NCBI RefSeq assembly: GCF_032444005.1
Contig: NC_091289.1
Span: 34,472,001-34,536,000 of the forward strand
Source: Ranitomeya imitator
Lineage: Eukaryota
Length of the DNA: 64,000 bases
Direction of reading: 5' to 3'
In this document: piece by piece, positions 36,800 to 48,665 of the stretch
How positions within the stretch are numbered: the stretch's first letter is position 1
Layout: each line of letters begins with the position of its first letter
Position numbers and translations under genes: made by a program
Notes under the pieces: model-generated
The model's database searches: none
What the model was told of the DNA's origin: nothing
The model's input: the letters and a program-made list of their open reading frames with translations, nothing else

Positions 36800-37560
36800 A
36801 AGCTGCAAGAAAGCAGACTATTGATTCCAACCGTGCAGCCTGTCCTCTCACAATTACTGCTCACTTTACAAATGGGAAGCTGCCTTCGGGTCTCCTTTTT
36901 CTTTTCCTTGTAACCTCCAGCCTTCATCCCATATCAAGTCTAGAGCTGGTTCACTGGAGCAGGAACGGACATTAATGGAAAAGTGCTGACAAATTGGGAA
37001 GAAAAAAAAAAGAAGACGGGAACTTGTGCGAGATGGTCCAAGCGGAAAAATATATTGAAAACCGGAGTAGGAGGACGAGAAGCAAAGAGTTGAAGAGGGA
37101 GCAGTTATATGGCAAGCAAGTCTTCTCGGGAGGGACGGTCGATGAACAATTTTGCTGGGGTGGTGGGGGGGGTGTTGTGTTGACAGCGAGTGAGGAATAA
37201 AAGGGTAGGGGGGGAGTTGACACGAGGGACAATGAACACCCACCGGAGAGTTCCCCCCCAATTCATTCAGTGCCGTGCTGCATAGCAGCTATTGTTGTGC
37301 CGAACGGCTACACAGTACAACCACCCAAAGAGCAGCTCGCCGGCAACGTGGAGAAGACGGCGAGAGCAGGACCCTTCGCTGACATGTCATCTCGGCATCG
37401 CAGTCAGTTTTTTCGATCTCGCCCGGCTTTCGCTCAATCCCCCGCGCATGGCTGCTTCATATCACGGCCGCAGCAGATGCTTCGGATTTGCAAAATGCAG
37501 CCTCGCTAGATCAATGCAGGCTAAGTGACTCGAGACCATGAATAAATTATTAATTTCGGT
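36800..37560 (-). promoter_or_regulatory. Likely CACNA2D3 promoter / 5' region (CpG- and GC-enriched)
   Basis: CpG-rich, non-repetitive sequence immediately upstream of the first coding exon. TSS not determinable from sequence. Confidence 0.5.
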
Positions 37561-38353
37561 TTGAGGAGGAATCCCTTTGGTAAATTGTGCATCAGATCTC
37601 TGCCTTTAAACAAAAAAAAAAAACTAAACAGCTCAACAGCTCTGGAGATATCTATTCCCCCCCCCCTCCATCCCAACATTTCTTCCTTTCTCTTCCCTGA
37701 CTCACAACTCTGCTTTTATTTTTGTGCTTTGCACGCATGCTGAGCATCCATTAATCTAGCGGCTCTCAGAACGCTGCCATTATTCCAGATTAGCATAGTA
37801 CTACTGTAAAGTTCTGTTTACACGAGGATGAAAGTATCGCTGCCTCTTTCTAGTAATCCTTTAACCCCTGTGTGGCCGGCAGCCAAGTTTTGGAGATTCC
37901 CCCTTCACTACAGTAGTTAAACAAAATCAAAAATCCTTCTGGTGGGTGAGAACATGATCAGGAAGCCTTGGGTATCAAAGAGGTCAAATGGGACCGGTCA
38001 AAGGTCACTGCTCGGGGTCAAGAAAGTCCTTGGATGAACAGCATTAAATTACAGAATAATGGCACAGAATTGCCTCTTCACACTTCCCTTCCTTCTTATT
38101 GTTGATACTTCGGTTTGAGAAGTTTATTTGGGCCACGTGGACATTGGGCATTATGTAATAGATGAGCACTTTAGAAAGCACTTAAAGTCATGGACGCTAC
38201 TATTTATTATTTTAAATTAAGAATGATATAAATTATTTTTATTTACATAGCACCAACATAATCTGCGGCGCAGTACAGAGTTTTCACCATTCACATCACA
38301 GTGACCAATTAATTTATGTCTTTTATTTTAGTATTTTTGTAATATAACATAGC

Positions 38354-38523
38354 NNNNNNNNNNNNNNNNNNNNNNNNNNNNNNNNNNNNNNNNNNNNNNN
38401 NNNNNNNNNNNNNNNNNNNNNNNNNNNNNNNNNNNNNNNNNNNNNNNNNNNNNNNNNNNNNNNNNNNNNNNNNNNNNNNNNNNNNNNNNNNNNNNNNNNN
38501 NNNNNNNNNNNNNNNNNNNNNNN
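38354..38523. other. Assembly gap (170 N)
   Basis: Run of N. Confidence 1.
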
Positions 38524-38554
38524 CTATGTTATATTACAAAAATAACAAAAAAAG

Positions 38555-38601
<47 letters not shown>

Positions 38602-40280
38602 TTGCAATACGTTCCCCTCTACTTATAGTGCTAAAAATTAGAATAAATGATATAATGATGTAACAATATATAGTAATAAATATGGCAACATCATAAAATA
38701 TAAATGTATTTACATCGTTAATAGTATTATATATCCTCAACCACACACAAATCTATCAAGCTCCTCTTATTATCCTATTAAAATAATAATAACATACGCA
38801 GAACATTTATCAAACTGCGCCTTTAATAGATGTCGTATCGCCAGGTGCAAGGATTACCTACAGGCAAAATGTACAGATATGCATGGATGACTTACCATGT
38901 ATAATGAATTACGCGCCTCCCTGCGCACAAACTGCAGTCAGTATAGTCCCTTTTTTTTTGCTAAATAGGACAAAAATGATTGTAAGGAATAATTTTTCTC
39001 TCGCTGGTATGTTCGTAGTAGTCACCGATCAGAATTTTCCGCCCACTGGAAAGTTGGGTCTGCATCGAGATGCGTTGATTTTGCCGTTTTTCCACCTTGT
39101 TTTTGCCGCGCGCCGGACGTTACTGTGCTGCAGTGTGAACGCACAATTAATTAGTGGCTCATCCGCAATATTCCATGGATCGTAAGGCTGTAACGCGCGC
39201 TTGTTTGCTAAAATTAGTGAGCCAGAGCTTCCCGAAATAAAATCAATTACGCAGGGAGGAAATGTCTAAAAGAGGAAAACATTGACGCGCTTTAATATTT
39301 TATGACACATGCGGAAGAATGTGATAGATGGCTGAGTGAGCTGGTGAGTGCATGCTTGGTAAGTCAACAATGGTTTGTGTTCAGGGCGGAGGAGTGGAAA
39401 TATTCTCCGTCCATTCCTTGACCTTTTTTTATACCAATATAATATTCTCTTTCCAATCTCCCGACCCCTTTTTTATAGGATCGCAAAATAAAAATTGTAT
39501 TTTTTTCCAAACAACAGCACCACACCTGTCAATAGGTTGTGTCTGGTATTGCACTTTAGCTCCATTCTCTTCAAAAGAGCTGCCATACTAGATCCTACCA
39601 AGGTTGAAATGCTTTTGTAATCCGACACAATCGTTTCACCCTGGGCTTCTTCAGGGGTTGGCATTGCTAACGTGATACCTAATCTCTATAGGCATTGTCA
39701 TTGAAAACAATATTTATTACGAAGCCTAAAAGTCAATCTTTAATTATTCTTTTTTTAGAATTTATTACTGCTTTACACAGGGTAAATAATCGTCCCAAAC
39801 CCAATTGAGCGTTGCCGCGTATCCCTTACACGCCAGTATCGAGGCGGACATGAATATTTTCACCTCCAAAACAAGTGGAATTGTGCAGAATGAGGACCTA
39901 TTGAACGGCGAAGGGCCCATATATTGTTTTCTCACAGTGGCCCTTTCCTGTCTGTGTCCGCCAGTGCACCAGTACCTATATGGCGTGCTATATAAAAGTT
40001 GAAAAAAAAATTAATGACTTAAGGGCTTTGGAGGGATATGTGAATTATTATTAACAAATTGGAGAGAACCCCAAATAAACCCTCACTAGAAAGCCTAAAA
40101 ACTAACTTTTGGTAATTATTAATTAAAATTCAGAGAGGGTATAAAAAGAATGTCCCTAATCGGCTTACGTATTCACCTAACCATTATATAGCTTGCTGCT
40201 CTCTTTTATGAAAGTGGGTAACACCCCGGGGTGCTGACCTCTGTCTGGCAAAATAGGACATATATTTAGCACACTAGTCC

Positions 40281-40319
40281 CCCCAACATGTTTCGCCGCA
40301 TTTGCGGCATCATCAGGGG
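40281..40319 (-). ncRNA. Minimal type I hammerhead motif (PLE-type)
   Basis: CCC-CUGAUGA-U-GCCGC AAAU GCGGC-GAAA-CAUG-U-U-GGG, with palindromic ACAUGU in place of stem III. Confidence 0.7.
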
Positions 40320-41329
40320 TTGAGACATAGGCTAAATTATTTTCAATTAGTTCTATGGCATCCTTAGCTTCACTAACTGGAATATACATATGGTAGACCA
40401 ACACCGCCACCACTGATTACGCTGCATAATGGCAAAGTGGCATATGGGTATTATGCAAGTCCTGAAATCTAGGCATATTTTATTAGCGCTATGATGTTAC
40501 TGGGTAATAACATATGGGTGTAATATAGGGGTATATGGGTCTGATTAAAAAAAATTCTAGATAGATATACACATTTATCGTTACTCATACCCAAATACTG
40601 GTAGGCAATGCCAAATAATACGTTACTTCTGTACAATGACCACACAATTCTGCCATCAGGTGCAAATTAATGATGTCATACCATGTCTCAATAATACCTC
40701 CACACAAAAATCCAAATAATACTACCAGTCGGCAGGTTTTTATACTCCAAAGTAGCGTCATCACAATAAAATACCTGCAATGATGATTACTTCCATGTAT
40801 TATGTCTCCATTGCGTTATAATTCTTTGCCAAATTTTCATGCAAATCCAGGGTCCTTCACTTACAGCTTTCTGGCTTCTCCGGCTTCTTACTCCTGCCAG
40901 TGATTGACAGAGGAAAGAAATATATCTTGTACCGTGTTAGCCAGTAATTAGAAAAATATTTAGAATTGAGAGTCCTCAGTGGTTGATACCTTTTAATGGC
41001 TAACTGAAAAGATGGTAACAAATTGCAAGATTTCGAGACTACTCAGGTCTCTTCATCAAGCAAAGACTAATACAAAATCTGAAGAATCACTTATTTATAA
41101 ACAACACAGCAGAGAAATAATGCAATAGATAAGACAAGTGATGTGAAGCAGAACTATCATTATGGGAGAAGGATGAACATAAATATTGGAACAGTTCATA
41201 GATAGGGAGTATGAAAGTTTTATTGTTCTCTGATTGGGGTATCGTTCTGTGTGTGATGCCCTCAAAAGGTCTGAGGAGCAAATTCCTTAATTGATGTAAA
41301 AAGACATAAATCCATGCGACACATTCATT

Positions 41330-42760
41330 CCTGCACTGAGTCTGTCAAAGGTTGTCATGAGTTTATACTACCAGACCCTTCTCTCTCTCTGAGATTTGAA
41401 GTTACCTTTTATTACAAGTAATTTCATGTCCATAATGCTACGAGAGACAAAAATGTTTTGCCACAGGTAGATTCTTTCTTTTTTCTCTTATTGTGTGGCG
41501 ATGAGAATTCATCCTTGTTCTAAGTTTTTGCCCTGTCTCCCCACATACAGACCCCCAGTTGGGCATTTGGTACAAATAAGTAAGTACACTACCTTAGATG
41601 TGATGCAGCTGCAAATATGTGAGATCTTGTAGTCCTGATGTGAGTTGGTGATCTTTATCTTGTCCGTGATCATTATAAATGGACAGGTTTTACATTTTTT
41701 CTGGTTGCAGGGAAAGGTTCCTGTCGCTGTTGGAGAGGACAGGGAGCTTCTGACAATTATGCTTCTTAGATTTGGGGGCTCTGGAAAACACAGTAGTAGG
41801 GGATCTGGAAAAATGGATTGTAATCGGGCATCTTTTTGTATCTTTCCGTGCAGCTCCCCTTAGCACCTCCAGATTTGGATTGTAAGTGACTACTAGAGGT
41901 ACCCGGTTATTTTCTTCTTTATATTTGTAATGTAGGAGATGATTCTTTGATTGATATTCTGGTGGCTCTTGTAATCTGGTTTTCAATTGTTCTTGGATGG
42001 TAGCCCTGATTCAAAAAGGTCATTCTGAGGCGACCAAGGTGCTCATCCCTATCCATTGGGTTGGAACATATACGATTGTATCTAATGGCTTGGCTGTAGA
42101 CAATAGAGTTTTTTATGTGTTTTGGATGGAAACTGTCCCATTTAAGGTATGTTGGACGATCGATTGGAATCTGATACAGGGATGTCTCTATTTAATTGTT
42201 CTGCAGCTTAATGATGTTGTCCAAAAAGTTAATTTCAGTGCAGGAGTAGTTAAGTGCTCAGTTGATGGTGGGATGAAATTGATTAAACTGTTCGTGGAAC
42301 ATCTTTAGCTGTGGCTTAGACTCCGTCCAGATGATTAAAATATCATCAATGTAGCGGTAGTACGCCAGAGGCCTGATGGGACATGGAGATAAAAAGTCGC
42401 TTTCAAGCTTGGCCATGAAAAGCTTTGGATACTGTGGAGCAATTTTACTTCCCATTATTGTACCAGTCTCCTTTAGATATATGTTGCTGTCAAATTCAAA
42501 GTAATTGTGGGTGAGAATGAAATTTGTAAGTTTCACCACACAATTATAATCAGTCTCTGTGTTTTCCATGAAGACTTTGCAGGCATTTAATCCATCCTGG
42601 TGTGGGATATTAGAGTACAAAGATTCCACATCCATGGTGGCCAGGATGGTTCCTTCTAGTAGAGGACCTATTGCTGCCAGTTTACTCAATAGGTCAGTTG
42701 TGTCCTGAATGTAGCTGGCTGTATCATTTACCAGTGGTTTAAGAACACCCTCTATCCATC
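41330..42760 (-). pseudogene. PLE RT + GIY-YIG endonuclease ORF remnant
   Basis: Frames 42258-42689 and 41690-41986, plus manually read CKTCPFI...VVYLLICTKCPTGGLYVG...SHRH. Disrupted. Confidence 0.9.
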
Positions 42761-43107
42761 CAGATAAAGAGTAACTTCAAATATCAGAGAGACAGAAGAA
42801 TCTGGGAGTATAAACTCACGACAACCTTTGAAACACTCAGTGCAGGAATGAATGTGTCGCATGGATTTATGTCTTTTTACATCGATTAAGGAATTTGCTC
42901 CTCAGATCTTGTGGGGGCATCACAACACAGAACGAGACCCCAACCAGGGGACAATAAAACTTTCACACTCCTTATCTATGAACTGTTCCAATATTTATGT
43001 TCATCCCTCTCCCATAATGATAGTTCTGCTTCATGTTACTTATCTCTGGCATTATTTCTCTGCTGTGTTGTATATAAATATGTGATTCTTCAGATTTTGA
43101 ATTAGTC

Positions 43108-43150
43108 TATGCCTGATGAAGGGACCTCAGTAGTCTTGAAAGCTTGCAAT
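43108..43150 (+). ncRNA. Minimal hammerhead motif in PLE terminal repeat (mirror copy at 41022-41064, minus)
   Basis: UGC-CUGAUGA-A-GGGAC CUCAGUA GUCUU-GAAA-GC-UU-GCA. The mirror copy has GAGAC/GUCUC but C3U. Confidence 0.65.
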
Positions 43151-44922
43151 GTGTTGCCATCTTTTCAGTTAGCCATTAAAAGGTATCAACCACTGAGGAC
43201 TCTCAATTCTAGTGATTGACAGGTCACTCTTCTCTGTTTCCCAGCTACCATCATTTCCAGGTACCATCATTCCTGGAGTCCTGATGATATTGCGAGTGTC
43301 GGACTATCAATTTGCGCATGCATTGCACTGGGGAATGACGACGCATGCGCAAGATCTCAGGTGGGATAACAGGTCACAGTGACGGACATCTTACTCAGGG
43401 ACCATCATTCCCATGGGCAGCACATGTACACATGAATAGTCAATCTTGGGACATTACTAAGCATGCGCCGCCCCTGGGAATGACGGCACTTGCACAAGTT
43501 GATGGCCGCGGGAGCAGAAAAGAGTGACCTGTCAATCACTGGCAGGAGGCCAGCCCAGAGAAGAGAAAGAGGCCGCAGAGTTGTCGTTGCAGGCCGAGCT
43601 TCTGCGCTTGTGAACTCATTTGCTTAAGAATTCGCCAACTGATTAAGAGACAAAGGAAACAAGACTTATAATATAAATGTATGGAAAGGATCATCATTAT
43701 AGGTGATGGCGTTACTTTAGGGGCTGAAAACCCGATGACAGGTTCCCTTTAAATACCAGTTCTGTAGAAGAATGATGGAAAATCCGCTGCACACAAATGT
43801 GATCACATGCAAATGTCTTCTCATATATCTCTACTTATGTGGGCCGCAGGATACGTCAACGACTCCACCAGTTATCACACTCTGCAGGTTAGCGGACGTT
43901 GTAGAGCTAATCTTAATTAATCGCTTTGCCATCTTTTGGCTGGAGATATGCCTTCCTTCTACAGAAAAACGATAAGACGCTCTTAGTTCATTTACATTCA
44001 TCCAGGTAATATTAGCTAATATTCTCCTTTTTTTCCAATAATGAAGAAATAGAAATAGAAATTTCACAGGGGTTTTACAAATTCATAGAGTAAGGCGAGG
44101 GTCACCCCGGCGTGTATTCTCTCATCCTAGAAAACTGGGATAATTATGCTAATCACAGTATGATCAGACTCGCACTGCGATCGTAGTCTGATCCGATTCT
44201 CACGGATGAGAAGATGGAAAAAAAAATTCTCCATCCTCTCCATTTTGTTAGTACTTGAAAATCGAACTGCACTCAGATGTCAAAAGAGTGACCGTCACTT
44301 CCGAACAGAAAGACAAATGTGAACAGGTGCAAGCTAAGAGAACCACTTCCAAATGTAATTAATTAACAAATAAAAGCTGCACTCTGTACCGCTATAGCAT
44401 GCCAACATGGGAAAGAAAAAATTGGAATTGCCCTGCTACTCTAGAAAATAAGGGTCCAAAGAAAAATATCGAGTCTGAACCTATATTTGTATCGCACTTG
44501 GCCATGCAAGGGACTGAGTCCATAGAAAACATCAGACTGTACTCGGATGACATATGAGTGCAAATAACAAATTAAAGCTGCACTCTGTAATGCTATTGTA
44601 TGCAAACATGGAATATATGAAATTATAATTGCATTGCTGCTCTAGAAAATAAGTTAAAATAAGATACTTAGCACATAAATTGGCCAATTCTTGTGTGCCC
44701 AACAGCCAACGACAAGGCGACCTTCTTTCCTGGGAATCTATCTCACATGAGACCTCTCCCAGGCTGAAAGCCTACAAATATAAGAGTAAGTAGGAACAAG
44801 GCTGATAGGTGGAGTGCTCAGTCAGAAAGCATGAGTGTACAAATATCAAAAGACTGACCGTCACTTCCAAACAGAAAGACAAATGTGAGCAGGTGCAAGC
44901 TAAGAGTAGCCATCTTCATATA

Positions 44923-46528
44923 CAGTGGGGCAAAAAAGTATTTAGTCAGTCAGCAATAGTGCAAGTTCCACCACTTAAAAAGATGAGAGGCGTCTGTAAT
45001 TTACATCATAGGTAGACCTCAACTATGGGAGACAAACTGAGAAAAAAAAATCCAGAAAATCACATTGTCTGTTTTTTTAACATTTTATTTGCATATTATG
45101 GTGGAAAATAAGTATTTGGTCAGAAACAAAATTTCATCTCAATACTTTGTAATATATCCTTTGTTGGCAATGACAGAGGTCAAACGTTTTCTGTAAGTCT
45201 TCACAAGGTTGCCACACGCTGTTGTTGGTATGTTGGCCCATTCCTCCATGCAGATCTCCTCTAGAGCAGTGATGTTTTTGGCTTTTCTCTTGGCAACACG
45301 GACTTTCAACTCCCTCCAAAGGTTTTCTATAGGGTTGAGATCTGGAGACTGGCTAGGCCACTCCAGGACCTTGAAATGCTTCTTACGAAGCCACTCCTTC
45401 GTTGCCCTGGCGGTGTGCTTTGGATCATTGTCATGTTGAAAGACCCAGCCACGTTTCATCTTCAATGCCCTTGCTGATGGAAGGAGGTTTGCACTCAAAA
45501 TCTCACGATACATGGCCCCATTCATTCTTTCATGTACCCGGATCAGTCGTCCTGGCCCCTTTGCAGAGAAACAGCCCCAAAGCATGATGTTTCCACCACC
45601 ATGCTTTACAGTAGGTATGGTGTTTGATGGATGCAACTCAGTATTCTTTTTCCTCCAAACACGACAAGTTGTGTTTCTACCAAACAGTTCCAGTTTGGTT
45701 TCATCAGACCATAGGACATTCTCCCAAAACTCCTCTGGATCATCCAAATGCTCTCTAGCAAACTTCAGACGGGCCCGGACATGTACTGGCTTAAGCAGTG
45801 GGACACGTCTGGCACTGCAGGAACTGAGTCCATGGTGGCGTAGTGTGTTACTTATCGTAGGCCTTGTTACATTGGTCCCAGCTCTCTGCAGTTCATTCAC
45901 TAGGTCCCCCCGCGTGGTTCTGGGATTTTTGCTCACCGTTCTTGTGATCATTCTGACCCCACGGGGTGGGATTTTGCGTGGAGCCCCAGATCGAGGGAGA
46001 TTATCAGTGGTCTTGTATGTCTTCCATTTTCTAATTATTCCTCCCACTGTTGATTTCTTCACTCCAAGCTGGTTGGCTATTGCAGATTCAGTCTTCCCAG
46101 CCTGGTGCAGGGCTACAATTTTGTTTCTGGTGTCCTTTGACAGCTCTTTGGTCTTCACCATAGTGGAGTTTGGAGTCAGACTGTTTGAGGGTGTGCACAG
46201 GTGTCTTTTTATACTGATAACAAGTTTAAACAGGTGCCATTACTACAGGTAATGAGTGAAGGAAAGAGGAGACTCTTAAAGAAGAAGTTACAGGTCTGTG
46301 AGAGCCAGAAATCTTGATTGTTTGTTTCTGACCAAATACTTATTTTCCACCATAATATGCAAAAAAAATGATAAAAAAACAGACAATGTGATTTTCTGGA
46401 TTTTTTTTTCTCAGTTTGTCTCCCATAGTTGAGGTCTACCTATGATGTAAATTACAGACGCCTCTCATCTTTTTAAGTGATGGAACTTGCACTATTGCTG
46501 ACTGACTAAATACTTTTTTGCCCCACTG
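44923..46528 (-). mobile_element. Full-length Tc1 transposon (1606 bp), IR/DR type
   Basis: TA|CAGTGGGG...CCCCACTG|TA, ~208-bp TIRs each with two AAGTATTT(A/G)GTCAG direct repeats. Confidence 0.97.
45139..46161 (-). CDS. Tc1 transposase, 340 aa, intact DD34E
   Basis: Paired-like [22 protein letters not shown] and SPDLNPIE; 34 residues counted between the second D and E. Confidence 0.96.
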   Translation of the reverse strand: MVKTKELSKDTRNKIVALHQAGKTESAIANQLGVKKSTVGGIIRKWKTYKTTDNLPRSGAPRKIPPRGVRMITRTVSKNPRTTRGDLVNELQRAGTNVTRPTISNTLRHHGLSSCSARRVPLLKPVHVRARLKFAREHLDDPEEFWENVLWSDETKLELFGRNTTCRVWRKKNTELHPSNTIPTVKHGGGNIMLWGCFSAKGPGRLIRVHERMNGAMYREILSANLLPSARALKMKRGWVFQHDNDPKHTARATKEWLRKKHFKVLEWPSQSPDLNPIENLWRELKVRVAKRKAKNITALEEICMEEWANIPTTACGNLVKTYRKRLTSVIANKGYITKY

Positions 46529-47502
46529 TATATCTAACAAATTAAAGATACTTAGCTCATAAATTGGCCAATTCGTGTGTGCCCAGCAGCCAACGACAAG
46601 ACAACCATATGGAAGTGTCTCTCTTAGCTTGCACCTGTTCACATTTGTCTTTCTGTTTTGAAGTGAGGGTCAGTTTTTTGATATTTGCATGCACAGGCTT
46701 TCTGACTGAGCACTCCACCCATCAGCCTATGGCGGTTTTAATCACAGCTTGATCCTACCTACCCATGTAATTGTAGGCTTTCAACCCGGGAGAGGTATCA
46801 TATTAGGTTAGGTTCCCGGCAAAGAAGGTCACCTTGTCGTTGGCTGTTGAGCACATAGGAATTAGCCAACTTATGTACTAAGTATCTTCACTTTAACTTA
46901 TTTTCTAGAGCAGCAATGCAACTCCAATTTCACATATTCCATGTTTGCATATTATAGTGTTACAGAGTGCAGCTTTAATTTGTTACTTGCACTCAGATGT
47001 CATCCGAGTGCAGTCTGATGTTTTCCATGGATTTACTTGCATGGCCGAGGGTTATACAAATATAGGACCAAACTGGAGCTCGCAACAATTTTTCCTTCGG
47101 ACCGGCTCGATCAGAGGAAAAAATGTACACGATCCTATAGACTAAAATTGGTCCAAGTGTGATCCAATATTTTGTCGGATCGCACGCGCACTGAAAATAT
47201 GGGTGTGTCTGCACGAGTCCTAAGAAAAAATCAGCAGCAGATTTTCGCTTTGTTGCAGATTTTCCAATCTTTTATGGGAACACCATGGATTTCATCCGTT
47301 GCAGAGTGATAACTAAAATTGAGTCTGTTTCTGCATCAAAGTCCGCAGCAAAATTCTGCGCAGATCTAATTGCTAATTTTTGGGGCAGTTTATCTTTACG
47401 CCAATTTAGTTCAGGAAAATAGAATGCAAATCGTCAGAGAAAGTTCTGTGCACATATTATGGTTATAACATTGGCTGTAAAGTCTGCAAACGTGACATCT
47501 AA

Positions 47503-48020
47503 GGCTAGTTTCACACTAGCGTTCGGCAGGACTGCGGATGGCAGCCTTCTTCCTCTGTTAAGCCCCGCCCACTGCGGCCAAATGTTAAAGATAGGTACGC
47601 AGGACGCATGCAGACATAGGCGGAGCTGAAGGAAGAAGCGTGCCAGTGGGCGGGGCTTAACGGAGGAAGAAGGCTGCACGGTGGCGCAGTGGTTAGCACA
47701 GCAGCCTTGTAGCGCTGGAGTCCTGGGTTCAAATCCTATCAAGGACAACATCTGCAAGGAGTTTGTATGTTCTCCCTGTGTTTGCGTGGGTTTCCTCCGG
47801 GTTCTCCGGTTTCCTCCCACATTCCAAAGACATGCTGATAGGGAATTTAGATTGTGACCCCCATCGGGGACAGTGATGATAATGTGTGCAACCTGTAAAG
47901 CGCTGCGGAATATGTTAGCGCTATATAAAAATAAAGATTATTATTAAAAAATAAAGATTATTATTATTATTATTAAGGCTGCCGTCCTCAGCCCTGCCGA
48001 ATGCAAGTGTGAAACTACCC
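47503..48020. mobile_element. Palindromic PIF/Harbinger MITE containing a SINE
   Basis: GGCTAGTTTCACACT...AGTGTGAAACTACCC, flanked by TAA/TTA. Confidence 0.75.
47678..47974 (+). mobile_element. tRNA-derived V-SINE
   Basis: A box GGTGGCGCAGTGG, B box GGTTCAAATCC, V domain GTTTGTATGTTCTCC...GGTTTCCTCCCAC, L2-like tail plus (TTA)n, 8-bp TSD AAGGCTGC. Confidence 0.9.
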
Positions 48021-48227
48021 TTAGTGATACAGTATATTTCTTGTTTTTTTCTTAAAATTCTAATACTTATTCTTATTTGTTTTTATTTTATAGACTACCA
48101 GAGCCTGTCAACAAGCTGCTGTCCGTGATCTACTTTTTTTTGTGTGTCCCTGATTCACATTTTGCTAATGATGATTTCCTACTGCAAACAGACTACATTC
48201 ATTGAAGGGGTTGTTCGGTACCTTTAT

Positions 48228-48665
48228 CTCCGGTTTCCTTCCATACTCACAAAGAAATGCAAATGGGAATTTTAAATTGTGAGCCCCGATGGGGACAGTG
48301 TTGATAATTAGTGATGAGCGAATATACTCATTACTCGAGATTTCCCGAGCACGCTCAGGTGTCCTCCGAGTATGTTTTAGAGCTCGGAGATTTAGTTTTC
48401 ATCCCCGCAGATGAATGATAAGTACATGTGGGGGTTGCCTGGCTGCTAGGGAGTCACCACATGTAATCAAGCTGGCTAGTAGCTGTAAATCATTCAGCTG
48501 AGGTGAGGTAAACTAACTTTCCGAGTACTTACAAATATTCTGAGGACACCCGAGCGTGCTCGGGAAATCTCGAGTAACGAGTATATTCGCTCATCACTAA
48601 TGATAATGTCTGTAAAGTGGTTTTGAAATTAATGGTGCTATATAAATGAGTAAAATAAATAAATA
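48228..48665 (+). mobile_element. 5'-truncated V-SINE interrupted by hAT MITE
   Basis: V-domain end and tail resemble 47678-47974. Confidence 0.65.
48309..48599. mobile_element. hAT MITE (291 bp)
   Basis: TAGTGATGAGCGAATATAC / GTATATTCGCTCATCACTA TIRs, TSD TTGATAAT/ATGATAAT. Confidence 0.9.

Larger units (their letters stand above)
40911..43210 (-). mobile_element. Penelope-like element, 5'-truncated, with inverted terminal repeat
   Basis: RT fragments (DVESLYSNIP, GTIMGS, YRYIDD) and GIY-YIG (VVYLLICTKC...YVGET). ~440-bp inverted repeats (40961-41405 / 42771-43211). Flanking 12-bp duplication AGTGATTGACAG (40899-40910, 43211-43222). Confidence 0.92.
44283..46987. repeat. Unclassified ~370-bp unit in tandem then inverted orientation, split by Tc1
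   Basis: 44460-44910 is the reverse complement of ~46610-47065. Partial head-to-tail copies at 44283-44455 and 46531-46605. Confidence 0.75.
44094..47220. mobile_element. PIF/Harbinger-type MITE hosting nested insertions
   Basis: TAA on both sides. Internal GCACTCAGATGTCATCCGAGTGCAG motif shared with 21946-22755. Confidence 0.55.

Noticed and set aside
44801-44832. CTGATAGG...GAAAGC as a hammerhead in the 370-bp unit
   Set aside because: The core does not match CUGANGA in either copy, and no stem II/III or NUH site can be built.
45512-46252. 246-aa plus-strand ORF
   Set aside because: Antisense shadow of the Tc1 transposase.
47678-47750. tRNA gene
   Set aside because: The A/B boxes belong to a SINE head; there is no complete cloverleaf, and it continues into the V domain and tail.
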